From Ranitomeya imitator (lineage: Eukaryota): 64,000 bases of DNA. The translations under genes and the position numbers were made by a program. The stretch is from NCBI RefSeq assembly GCF_032444005.1, contig NC_091288.1, forward strand, positions 16,120,001 through 16,184,000, written 5' to 3'. The notes under the pieces were generated by a model that was not told the DNA's origin, made no database searches, and worked only from the letters and a program-made list of their open reading frames with translations. Shown here piece after piece: positions 11,900-23,400 of the stretch. Positions within the stretch are counted from its first letter, which is position 1. Each line of letters begins with the position of its first letter.

Positions 11900-13427
11900 T
11901 CTGGGTCTCCTCAGTAGAGGACGCATGGGTCAGGGAACTTGTATCCTCTGGATACAAAATGGATTCATTTCACGGCCCCGGGATCGTTTTCTTCTAATCC
12001 TGACCGCTAAGAGACCCCGCTCTAGTCCCGGGTTTCTTTACAGCCATTGTTTCCCTCCTTAAATCCGGGGTAATTGTTCCCGTCCCAGAACAGGAACAGC
12101 TCTCAGGCTTCTCTTCGAATCTCTTTGTACCGAAAAAGGACGACAAGGTTCGTCCCAGTCTGGATCTCAATTTGCGGTACAAGAAGTTTCGTCTGAGACA
12201 CTTCAGGATGGAATCCCCTCGTTCAGTAATCGCTTCCATGGAGGCTCAGGAATTTCGGTTTCAGGCTCCTGAAAGTCTATCCATCTTCCCCCTACACTCT
12301 AGCCGTTGCGGGTGGCTCATCAACAGGAAGAAGTCCCGTCTTGTTCTTTCTCAGCGCCTCGTATTTCTTCCCGAAGACAAGATATTCCTCCTTCGTCGGG
12401 AAGTTTGCTTGCTCCAAGGTTCTCGGCTTCCCTCCTTTCCAATGGGCCATGAAGGTCCTGAGGAGGTTGGTTGCAACATCGGAAGCGATTTCCCTGCGCC
12501 CATTTCATTCAAGACTTCTTCAGCAGGCTATTCTATCACAGGGGGACAGGTCTTCTCCTCCCTACATCGTCCGATCCGGTTTTCTCCCACCGGTGGCCGA
12601 GGTCACTTCTCATATCCCAGAGCAGATCCTTCCTTCCCGTTCTCTGGCAGGTGGTGACGGCGGACGCCAGCCTGCTCGGCTGAGGCGCGGTGCTTTGTCA
12701 CCTTTTTTTTCAGGGTTGTTGGTCAGCGCAGGCGTCCTCTCTGCCGATCAATGTCCTCGAGTTCCGGATCATCTTTGTCTTTCCTTCGCTGGGTAAGGAT
12801 TCTCAGGAGCCTGCCAATTCGAATCCGGACAGACAATGCCACAGCAGTGGCATATGTCAACCACCAGGGGTGGACTCGGAGTTCTCTGGCCTCTGCCGAG
12901 GTTTCCAGGATCCTCCTTTTGGGCAGAGGCAACGGTCCTGGTGAGATCCGCAGTGCATGTCCCTGGCGTTGACATTTAGGCCGCCGACTTCCTCAGCCGC
13001 GAGCTCCTCGCGGCAGGGGAATGGTCCTTACTTCAGGAGGTCTCCTATCGGATAGCTCTTCGATGGGGGACTCCGGAAGTGGACCTGACGGCGTCCCGAT
13101 TGAACAAGAAGGCCCCTCGGGTCGTCCCAAGGTCCTGCAATCCTCTCGCAGTGGTGTTGACGCTCCGCCCATTCCTTGATCGCAGTTCGTGCTCCCCTTC
13201 CCTTGCCTTCCAAGCTGTCGAAAAAGATCAAGGCGGAAGGGGTGCCGGTCATTCTGATCGCCCCAGATTGGCCCAGGAGTTCTTGGTTTGTGGAGATTGT
13301 CAATCTTCTCGCGGACGCCCCCTGGCGCCTTCCAGACAGACCCGATCTGCTGTCTCAGGGTCCGATCTGCCACCCGAATTATCGGTTGCTCAGTTTAACG
13401 GCGTGGCTGTGGACACCACAGTTCTAA
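11900..13427 (+). pseudogene. DIRS RT/RNase H remnant
   Basis: SNLFVPKKDDKVRPSLDL and FRMESPRSVIASM (RT); IRIRTDNATAVAYVNHQG (RNase H); VPVILIAPDWPRSSWF. Multiple frameshifts. Confidence 0.85.
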
Positions 13428-14451
13428 GAGCGTCCGGCCTTTGGGCCCGGATGAGTCACACTATAATCCTGGCTAGGAAGCCTTCGTCTTCTAGGATCTA
13501 CTATCGCACCTGGAAGGCTTTCTTTTGTTGGTGCAAGTCCAACCGCTTTTCACCTATGTCCTTTTCCCTGCCTTCCATTTTGACTTTCCTTCAGGCAGGA
13601 CTGGATTCGGGCTTCACTCTTAGTTCTCTAAAGGGCCAGGTTTCTGCGCTCTTCTTCCCTTGCAGAAGACGTTATCATCTCAGCCACAGGTTAAGGCCTT
13701 CCTTCAAGGATTAGTCCACGCTGTCCCTCTGTACAGGACCTCTGTGGATTCATGGGATTTAAAGCTTGTGCTGGACGTTCTTAGGGGTTCCCCCCTTTGA
13801 GCCTCTCAGGGAGTTTTCCCTGTCAGTTCTATCTCGGAAGGTGATTTTTCTTGTGTCCATCACTTCGATCCACCACGTTTCCGAGTTGGCGGCCATTTCT
13901 TGCCGACCTCCTTTCTTGATTTTCCACCAGGACAAGGTGGTCCCAGGCATCCGCCTTCCTTCCCTCCCGAGGTGGTTTTCACCTTTCCACCTCAACGAGG
14001 ACATCGTTCTACCTTCCTTTATCCAGCTCCGACTCATCCTCTGGGCCGATAGTTGGAACAGGCTGGACCTCGTCAGGGCAGTGGGGATCTCCCTGGCTAG
14101 CTCGGCCGCTTTCCGAAAGATGGATTCTCTTTTCGCCATCCCTGATGGCGCGCGTAGAGGCCTGCCGGCTTCCAAGGCAACTATTGCTCGCTGGATCAGA
14201 ACGGCAATTTGGAGTCTTACCGGGTCAAGAACAGAGTGCCCCCTCCTGATATAAAGGCTAACTCTACCCGGGCAGTCGGCGCTTCCTGTGCGGTACGCCA
14301 CAGGGCTTCCGCCCTACGGCTTTGCAAAGCGGCAACCTGGTTTTCCATCCACACGTTCGCCGAATTTTGCAAGGTCCATACCTATGCTTCAGCGGACGGC
14401 AGCCTGGGCAGAAGGGTCCTGCAGGCGGCAGTGGTGAGTCCTCTGACCTGA
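13400..14451 (+). pseudogene. DIRS tyrosine recombinase remnant
   Basis: ARKPSSSRIYYRTWKAFFCWC, FLVSITSIHHVSELAAISC, ASKATIARWIR, IKANSTRAVGAS (HSTR-like) and KAATWFSIHTFAEF, split across frames. Confidence 0.85.
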
Positions 14452-15771
14452 TGGAAGTCTATTTTTCCCACCCTAGGGACTGCTTTGGGTCGTCCCATGG
14501 TTCCTGTGTCCCCCAATGAAAGGCGATGGAGAAAACAGGATTTTTGGTTGCTTACCGTAAAATCTGTTTCTCGGAGCCTTCATTGGGGGACACAGCACCC
14601 TCCCAAGTTGAACAGCTCTGTTTATGTTTGAGTGCTTTGAACACTCTTTGAGGGTTTGAAACTGTTAATCTGTGGAGCGCTGCGGAATTTGTTGGCACTA
14701 TATAGATAGTTTATTATTATATTATTCTTTCTCTTTTACGTGTTGCTTCTCCTACTGCTTTCTCACTAACTGAATATCCTACTTCCTGTCGGTAGGGTGT
14801 ACACTGCAGAGAAGGAGCTAACTTTTTTATTTGCATAGTGTCAGCCTCCTACTGGCAGCAGCATACACCCATGGTTCCTGTGTCCCCTAATGAAGGCTCC
14901 GAGAAACAGATTTTACGGTAAGCAACCAAAAATCCTGTTATCTGGTGTCCGAATAATGCCACCAAACAGTGCTGATATAATGGATAGATTAAAGGGGTTG
15001 TCCACTACCGATGTAAGCCTTGTAAAGAAGTATTATTGTAAATACCGCATGTTGTTATCTGTGCCTGTGAGTGGCGCTATCTCTGACCGCTCACTCGGCT
15101 TCACGTGATCCCAGCTTTGAGAAGCTTCTTGGAAATCCAGATGAAAGTGAAAGCAATTACGGGACTTTTCTTGCCACTTTTGACCTTATAAAAAAATAAA
15201 TAAATAATAATTAAAACTTTAACCTGATGGGGAAAAAAAACTCTTGTGGTGACTTGACAAAAATCTCGTTCCCAATGAGATCAGATTTAGTACTTTGACT
15301 AAATAAAAAATACAAACGGGCAAATCTAAGAATAAACTCTTGGACTCTTATCTAAAGTTCTGAAGATAATGAAAAGTTTTCTGGAATATTCCAAGACGTG
15401 TAGAGACCAGAACATGAAGATACAGTATCCATTAGTCACCGCAGATCTGCTAGCAAAGGACCTTAGAATCGATAACTCACCTTAGCTTCTGTAAGTCGCA
15501 GAGGATGGCACATCTATCAATGGGCACCATTTACGTAGAAATGTACACGTTTTAGAAAGTTATGACTAAACAAGTTCAGAACAGAACTAGATGCCTTTAT
15601 TGAAAAAATGTAACATTACAGGTTCGGGGTGCTGGGCTCTGTGATGGGTCGTTCATCAGGAGAACTAGTCTGATTGCCATATGTGAGGTCGGGAAGGAAT
15701 TTGTCCCCTAATATCGGGCAATTAGCATCTGCCACATGGGGGTTTTGTCTGGATCAATATGTTACAATATA

Positions 15772-17387
15772 CAGTACAGACCAAAAGTTTAGACACACCT
15801 TCTCATTTAAAGATTTTTCTGTATTTTCATGACTATGAAAATTGTACATTCACACTGAAGGCATCAAAACTATGAATTACCACATGTGGAATTATATACT
15901 TAACAAAAAAGTGTGAAAAAAATGAAATTATGCCTTATATTCTAGGTTCTTCAAAGTAGCCACCTTTTGCTTTGATGACTGCTTTGCACACTCTTGGCAT
16001 TCTCTTGATGAGCTTCAAGAGGTAGTCACCGGGAATGGTTTTCACTTCACAGGTGTGCCCTGTCAGGTTTAATAAGTGGGATTTCTTGCCTTATAAATGG
16101 GGTTGGGACCATCAGTTGTGTTGAGCAGAAGTCTGGTGGATACACAGCTGATAGTAGTACTGAATAGACTGTTAGAATTTGTATTATGGCAAGAAAAAAG
16201 CAGCGAAGTAAAGAAAAACGAGTGGCCATCATTACTTTAAGAAATGAAGGTCAGTCAGTCCGAAAAATTAGGAAAACTTTGAAAGTGTCCCCAAGTGCAG
16301 TTGCAAAAACCATCAAGCGCTACAAAGAAACTGGCTCACATGAGGACCGCCCCAGGAAAGGAAGACCAAGAGTCACCTCTGCTTCTGAGGATAAGTTTAT
16401 CCGAGTCACCAGCCTCAGAAATCGCAGCAGCTCAGATTAGAGACCAGGTCAATGCCACACAGAGTTCTAGCAGCAGACACATGTCTACAACAACTGTTAA
16501 GAGGAGACTTTGTGCAGCAGGCCTTCATGATAAAATAGCTGCTAGGAAACCACTGCTAAGGACAGGCAACAAGCAGAAGAGACTTGTTTGGGCTAAAGAA
16601 CACAAGGAATGGACATTAGACCAGTGGAAATCTGTGCTTTGGTCTGATGAGTCCAAATTTGAGATCTTTGGTTCCAACCACCGTGTCTTTGTGTGACGCA
16701 GAAAAGGTGAACGGATGGACTCTACATGCCTGGTTCCCACCGTGAAGCATGGAGGAGGAGGTGTGATGGTGTGGGGGGGCTTTGCTGGTGACACTGTTGG
16801 AGATTTATTCCAAATTGAAGGCATACTGAACCAGCATGGCTACCACAGCATCTTGCAGCGGCATGCTATTCCATCCGGTTTGCGTTTAGTTGGACCATCA
16901 TTTATTTTTCAACAGGACAATGACCCCAAACACACCTCCAGGCTGTGTAAGGGCTATTTGACCAAGAAGGAGAGTGATGGGGGGCTACACCAGATGACCT
17001 GGCCTCCACAGTCACCAGACCTGAACCCAATCGAGATGGTTTGGGGTGAGCTGGACCGCAGAGTGAAGGCAAAAGGGCCAAGTGCTAAGCATCTCTGGGA
17101 ACTCCTTCAAGATTGTTGGAAGACCATTCCCGGTGACTAACTCTTGAAGCTCATCAAGAGAATGCCAAGAGTGTGCAAAGCAGTCATCAAAGCAAAAGGT
17201 GGCTACTTTGAAGAACCTAGAATATAAGACATAATTTCAGTTGTTTCACACTTTTTTGTTAAGTCTATAATTCCACATGTGTTAATTCATAGTTTTGATG
17301 CCTTCAGTGTGAATGTACAATTTTCATAGTCATGAAAATACAGAAAAATCTTTAAATGAGGTGTATCCAAACTTCTGGTCTGTACTG
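15772..17387 (+). mobile_element. Tc1-like DNA transposon, full length, inactivated
   Basis: TA|CAGTACAGACCAAAAGTTT ... AAACTTCTGGTCTGTACTG|TA with ~200-bp inverted repeats. DD34E motifs SDESKF, QQDNDPKHT and SPDLNPIE. Confidence 0.95.
16186..17226 (+). pseudogene. Tc1 transposase pseudogene
   Basis: MARKKQRSKEKR..GRPRVTS start. Frameshift near 16430; in-frame stops at 16694-16696 and 17138-17140. Confidence 0.9.
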
Positions 17388-18092
17388 TAGGTAAAACTGG
17401 ATGGACTTATCTACTTTAAATTATGAAAATGTTATTACGTAAGCCTAATGGTGGTTGCAATAAAAGTAAAGTTCAGAAAATAGCAGAAGTGTTTTTCTAT
17501 TTCTTTTTTCTAATATATTCCATGTACTGCGAAGTTGTGCAGAATAACAAGTCCTCATACGACTAAGTTGGAAAGGAAGAAAAGTAAAGTTATTTTTGAT
17601 TCTGCAGAAATCCTTAACACCATAACCATCTAATGGTGGATCTTATTTCATCTTGAAAAGCGAACTCTCTTTAAAAAACAAAAAAAAGTAAAATAAGTTA
17701 TACAAAAGCACGATACAACATAAAAAGGCAAAAAAAAGTATCCAAGAGTAAATGGGGTTTCTTACTCTTGCTGTTCTAGCCACATTATAGCTTGTGCAAC
17801 GTGGTCATATATGGCAGAAGCATCTGGGGAAGAGCTTTTGAGAAACAAAAACAGAAATTTGCTATTAAACAGTAACGTGTCACTCTGGGCACAAGGGTGC
17901 AACACAACCTTGATACAAGGGTTAACCTGGGAGGCGATTCTGGAAATCTGTGTACTTTATCAAGTAATAAAAAACTTATTATCGAAAGTGAAAATGATCA
18001 CGGGGATTTTTTTTCTCCCCTTTCTGTACAGAATATAAATAACACACTAGCAGATCTTGTACAGAAAGGTGAAAACACCTGTAGACCGGACG

Positions 18093-18706
18093 ATGTTCTC
18101 AAGACTTCTGGGAATTTTTGGAATAACCAATCCGACTTTGCTAAGTGACGATGAGAGAAAGCAGGCCATGGAAGCTAAAGAACGAACAAAACGACTTTTA
18201 TCTGATGCTCTGAAGAAAAAGGAAATTCTGGTGGAAGATCTGAAGTTGTTTAGTGACTTGAAGTTAGAGAACCATAGTCCATTCCTCACCACAAATCTGG
18301 TGGAGGAGCTGAGCCGGGAACTAGAGAAGGTGACGTTTGCAAAAAATAGAATTTCTAAAGAAGATCTAGAAGTTATTGCGTATGTATACCCCGGCTCTGA
18401 TGATAGAACCATCTATCTATGTGCACGATTTTTTAAAATGGATCCAAAATCTAAATCCCAAGAAGCGACAATTATCCACGAGGTTTCCCACTTTCTTGGT
18501 TACGGTCATACAGTCCAGGAGAACAGTGACAGAGTACAGAAGTCTCCACAGTCCATGTTGTGTCCTCAGACGGCTTACTCTGTGGCTTCAGCCCTGACAT
18601 CGTCCATGGACCATCGTGGAACCTTCACAAATGGCTCCTACTCCTGCTGTGGTGAGACCTCCCGGGACACCGTGTGCGAGAAATCCTGGGTTTGTTACTA
18701 TGTCAG
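18093..18706 (+). CDS. M35/aspzincin-like zinc metallopeptidase gene copy 1, peptidase exon (coding part)
   Basis: Acceptor tttctgtacag|AAT at 18031 and ATG at 18093. Encodes AYVYPGSDDRTIYLCARFF, TIIHEVSHFLGYGH and YSCCGETSRDTVCEKS. Donor AG|GTAGGT at 18706/18707. The start codon is inferred. Confidence 0.78.
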
Positions 18707-19485
18707 GTAGGTGTCACATATTTATGTGTTACGTCTAGTAACTTACTAGTATACTATAAATAACCAAAAGAATGGAGAGCAAAGCAAAAAGTGAAGCAGA
18801 AAAAGTTCTAGTTAGGGTTTCACCTCATATGTATGGCAATTTTTCAATTTGTTGCTCTAGCCCTTTATACCCCGAGGAAGATTAAGGGGTGCGCTGACAC
18901 CCCCTGCACTCAGGAGCCGGGTACATGTTCTGGTAGCATTCCTCTAGTTAGGTATATTGGATATATAAACTATGGCGGGAATATTGCTAGAATGATGCAT
19001 CAAAATGTGTTAACTGGGACAATGGTCATAAAAATTTGTCATGTCTTTTAGGACTCCCGTGTTTCAGAACAAATTTACAACAGCTCTGAACTATTCAAAA
19101 TTTTATACGTTTTCTGACGCGACTATCCCGGTGCTGTGAGCGTCCACGCTCCCTTTTGCTTCTGTCACACTTTTTTTGTATTATGTTCTTAAAAAAAAAA
19201 AAGTAAAAAGACACAATTTTTGGCCATACTTGCCTTCTGAGAAATATTTTGGGACTTTTTTTATATAATGTTTTTATGAATATTTGTGGCTAAATGTTTG
19301 CTACATAGATGATAATCATGGCTGCTGTAATCTAGCAACTTCCTAGATACAGATACAATAGAAAGAAGGCAGAATACCTTACAGAAGAACAACATGCAGG
19401 TTCTGATGTTTAACATTAGACCTAACTAGATAATTTAAATTATATATATATATATATATATTTCTTTTTTCATTTTATTTATCAG

Positions 19486-19651
19486 GTCGATGTGCAGAGC
19501 AGAACGACTGAGGAAGCAACTATTGCTGGTGCGGAGATATTCCGATGGTGATGAGACCTATACTAGGGCTACGTTAAGATTAGCGTTGCGCCGCTATTGC
19601 GTCGGCGCCGCAGCGGCGACGCAGCGGCGACGCGCCCTATGTTTAACATAG
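19486..19651 (+). CDS. Copy 1 terminal exon, truncated inside a MITE
   Basis: ttttatttatcag|G TCG ATG TGC AGA GCA GAA CGA CTG is in phase with the upstream donor. (R)SMCRAERLRKQLLLVRRYSDGDETYT is homologous to the paralog tail exons. It reads into the MITE and stops at TAG 19649-19651. Confidence 0.6.
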
Positions 19652-19822
19652 GGGACGCGTGCGTCGTTTTGGTGGCGTTTTTCGCCACGTGCGTCGTTTC
19701 CGACGCTAGCGTCGGACGCAAGAAAACGCTACATGTAGCATTTTCTGTGCGTCCGATTTTCATCAAAAACGACGCACGCGTTTTTGCGCGCGTTGCGTCG
19801 CCACGCTAATGTGAACGTAGCC
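19567..19822. mobile_element. PIF/Harbinger-like MITE inserted in the copy 1 tail exon
   Basis: TIRs GGCTACGTTAAGATTAGCG / CGCTAATGTGAACGTAGCC, flanked by TAG/TAC. Removing it restores colinearity with paralog GATGAGACCGATACTACC. Confidence 0.85.
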
Positions 19823-20358
19823 TACCTGATGATACAGATGTGGCTGATGAAGAGTCAGATACTTTGTAGTGTAAGGACAGTCGCTTCTTTTGAAGATGCC
19901 GATACGTCTGATGACGAGATTCATACTTCTGCAGAGCAGACAGATAATGTTGTACAGTGTGAAAAGAGATGGATGACTCTGATGAAAAGACAGAACTGTT
20001 AATGAAGCAGAAAAATCTGATGAAGAAACAAATCAATCTAATGAAGAAACCGCAAAATCTGATGACGCAGAATAATGTTCTGAAGACAAAGGCGAATAGT
20101 GTGAAGACTCTGGAGGATCAGTTCCAGACAAAGGCCGATTTGGTGACAACAAAAGATGATATAAGGGAGACAGTGGCTGATATGTTGGAGACGGACACAG
20201 ATATGTTGACGACACTGGTGTATATGGTGAAAACAATGGCCAATACTGTGAAGCTTGATTCCATTTTTAGTAAAGATAATGGCCGAAAAATGGTGAAGCG
20301 TGAGGCAAATAAAGTGGAGAGAAAGTTCAATATGTTGAAGACACAATCTGATACTTAA
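19823..20358 (+). pseudogene. Disconnected remainder of the copy 1 acidic/coiled-coil tail
   Basis: DDTDVADEESDTCSVRT..FEDADTSDDEI..EQTD..KRW is homologous to the 40 kb and 55 kb exons. It carries a frameshifting deletion near 19985, then KQKNLMKKQINLMKK heptads. Confidence 0.75.
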
Positions 20359-20556
20359 AAGATAAACCCAAGTACTGTGAAGACTTTGAGTGATATCAGA
20401 AGGATAAAGATGTTGAAGTTACAGGCTGATTTATTGAAAGTACAGACTGATGTTTTCAACCCCAACTATGGGCTCAGGCAAATTGAAATAGAGGCCAAAA
20501 GTAGAATAAAGTTACCAGAATGTCAGTGACTTTAAAAAAAAAAAAGTACAGCTTAA

Positions 20557-21512
20557 CTCCTTAATGACCGCCAATACGCCTTTTAACTGACCTGAGATAT
20601 AAGAGAATAGCCTCCCCATACAGGTAACAATCCAGCAGCTGTCGGCTGTGCACTATAACTGACAACTTTCTGCATCAGCCACGATCAGTGTTTGCACCGT
20701 CCAAATCTGTTTAACCCCTTAGATGCTGCTGTAAATTGTGACTACATCATTATAAATGGTTAACAGAGTGTGGGGGCTTCTTTTTTATCCCAATTGGTGC
20801 CCTCAGATCATGATTGTGAGGTCCTGATGTTTGCGATGGCAATTCACGTCCAAATATCGGCCCTAGAGTCTGATGTCTGTTGTAACCTGTTCAGAAGTTA
20901 GAGACATTTAGGTGGTAATAATACACATTTTCATTTCTGTCATGCCACTTTGCATTAATTCCTGTAGAGCACCTGAAGGGTTAATAAACTACCTGACAGC
21001 AGTTTTCGATATGTCAGGGGGTGTTGTTTTTAAAATGGTATCACGTTTGTGGGTTTCTCAATATATGAGAACCCTAAAGTCACTTCAAACATGGATAAGT
21101 CCCTAAAAAAATAAATTTAGTAAATTTCCTTGAAAAAAATGAAAAATTGCTGCTACATTTTTAAACCTCCTAAAATGCTAAAAAAATAAAATAACATTTT
21201 ACAAATGGTGCTGATGTAAAGCTGACATGCTGGATATGTTATTTATTAATGGTTTGCTGTGGTGTGGCCATCTGGATTAAAGGGATAATCATTCAAATTT
21301 AGAAAATTGCTAATTTTTTCACATTTTTCTCAAATTTTTGATATTTTTTATAAATAAACACAAAACATATTGACCTAAATTTACCATTATCATAAAGTAT
21401 AATGTGTCACGAAAAAACAGTCTCAAAATCACTGGGATTTGTTGAAGCAGAGTTATTACCACATAAAGTGACACTGGTCAGATTTCAAAAATTTGGCTCC
21501 GTCACTAAGGGG
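20557..21512. mobile_element. piggyBac-type non-autonomous element
   Basis: TTAA|CTCCTTAATGAC ... GTCACTAAGGGG|TTAA; TTAA at 20553-20556 and 21513-21516. Confidence 0.75.
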
Positions 21513-21811
21513 TTAAAGAACCATAGAAATCATCTCCACCTGCTATCGGCAGAATTAATTCTCAATATGTATTTATATTAAGCGCTCAGTGAGATTTGCT
21601 GTTGTGTACGCCGGTCTTTTACCGAGTTGTACAGGAGTAGGATTTGACAAATCACATTTAAGAATTCTGTTCACTGATAAAGTTAAAATAGAATTATTCT
21701 GAAAAATAGATTTTAATAAATATAATTAAAAATCATGTATTACCCTCAAAGTTGTGGTAGTAATGCACATTGATGAGGATAATGTTAATGTATAATCCTA
21801 TACATATCCTA

Positions 21812-23293
21812 TCTACTATATAATTGTCTATGGGTCACTTCTGTCTGTCTGTCCTTCTGTCTGTCTGTCCTTCTGTCTGTCGCAGATATTCATTGGACGC
21901 GGCCTCTGTCTGTCATGGAAGCCAAGTCGCTGATTGGTCTCGGCAGCTGCCTGTCATGGCTGCCGTGACCAATCAGCGACGGGCACAGTCCGATTAGTCC
22001 CTCCCCTGCACTCACTGCCCGGCGCCCGCTCCATAATCACCTCCAGTCACCGCTCACACAGGGTTAATGGCCGCGGTGTAGCGCACTCCATTACCGCTGC
22101 TATTAACCGTGTGTCCCCAACTATTTACTATTGACGCTGCCTATGCAAAATCAATAGTAAAAATATGTCATGTTAAAAGTAATAATTAAAAAAAATCCTG
22201 CTATACTCACCATCCGCCGCCTTTCGCGCTCCTCGCGACGCTGCGGTGACCGCTCCATGCAAGCGGCAGGTTCCGGTCCCAATGATGGAACGCCAGAAGG
22301 ACCTTCCATGACGTCACGGTCATGTGACCGCGACGTCATCACACCCTGGGACCGGAAGCTGCCGTCTGCTGTCAACACGGTCATGTGACCACGACGTCAT
22401 CACGGGTCCTGCGCGAGAAGGACCTGCCATGACGTCACGGTCATGTGACCGCGACATCACCACACCCTGGGACCGGAAGCTGACGCCTGCACCGCGCACA
22501 GGACCAGGACTTCAACGGGCGTTTGGAGGGTGAGTATATGTTTATTTTTATTTTAACTCTGTATACTACGTGGCTCTGTGCTGTATACTCTGTCGCTGTG
22601 CAATATACTACGTACGTGGCTGGGCAATATACTACGTGGCTGGGCAATATACTACGTGACTGGGCAATATACTACGTGGCTTGGCAATATACTACGTGGC
22701 TGGGCAATATACTACGTGGCTGGGCAATATACTACGTGGCTGGGCAATATACTACGTGACTGGGCAATATACTACGTGGCTGGGCAATATACTACGTGGC
22801 TGGGCAATATACTACGTGGCTGGGCAATATACTGCGTCGCTGGGCAATATACTGCGTCGCTGAGCAATATACTACGTGGCTGGGCAATATACTGCGTCGC
22901 TGAGCAATATACTACGTGGCTGGGCAATATACTGCGTCACTGGGCAATATACTACGTCGCTGGGCAATATACTGCGTGGCTGGGCAATATACTGCGTGGC
23001 TGGGCAATATACTACGTGGCTGGGCAATATACTGCGTCACTGGGCAATATACTACGTGACTCTGGGCAATATACTACGTGGCTGGGCAATATACTACGTG
23101 ACTCTGGGCAATATACTACGTGGCTGGGCAATATACTACGTGACTGGGTAATTTACTACGTGGCTGGGCAATATACTGCGTCACTGGGCAATATACTACG
23201 TCACTGGGCAATATACTGCGTGGCTGGGCAATATACTATGTGGACATGCATATTCTAGAATACCCGAAGCGTTAGAATCGGGCCACCATCTAG
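21812..23293 (+). mobile_element. Probable non-autonomous Helitron
   Basis: 5' A|TCTACTATAT, (CTGT)n near the start, a subterminal hairpin CCCGA..TCGGG, and a CTAG|T 3' end. No TSD seen. Confidence 0.55.
22600..23240. repeat. 20-bp minisatellite (gtggctgggcaatatactac), ~30 copies
   Basis: Direct head-to-tail repeats with few variants and no spacers. Confidence 0.95.
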
Positions 23294-23400
23294 TATAATA
23301 TATAATCCTAATTAATACCCTATCCTCATGTAGATGGGTATAACAGAAAAAAATAAAGGGACAAAAAGAAAGTCAGAGCCAGAATAGTAGAAATCATTAA

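Larger units (their letters stand above)
8980..14939 (+). mobile_element. DIRS1-type tyrosine-recombinase retrotransposon, full length but degenerate
   Basis: Inverted terminal repeats (8980-~9125 vs ~14770-14939) and an internal complementary region (14494-14595) matching both ends. Gag-, RT/RNaseH- and YR-like fragments lie in order. Confidence 0.93.

Noticed and set aside
18708-18710. TAG as the true stop of the peptidase ORFs (also 33964-33966 and 54643-54645)
   Set aside because: It is embedded in a consensus donor AG|GTAGGT with an in-phase downstream exon in all three copies. Read-through isoforms cannot be excluded without RNA data.
18057-18710. Bacterial or fungal contamination as the source of the M35-like ORFs
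   Set aside because: They have GT-AG introns, are interleaved with vertebrate TEs with intact TSDs, and are contiguous with ZFAND2B.
22600-23240. CRISPR-like look of the 20-bp array, and ORFs 22523-23258
   Set aside because: Head-to-tail repeats with no unique spacers, no cas genes and a eukaryotic context. The ORFs are translations of the minisatellite.
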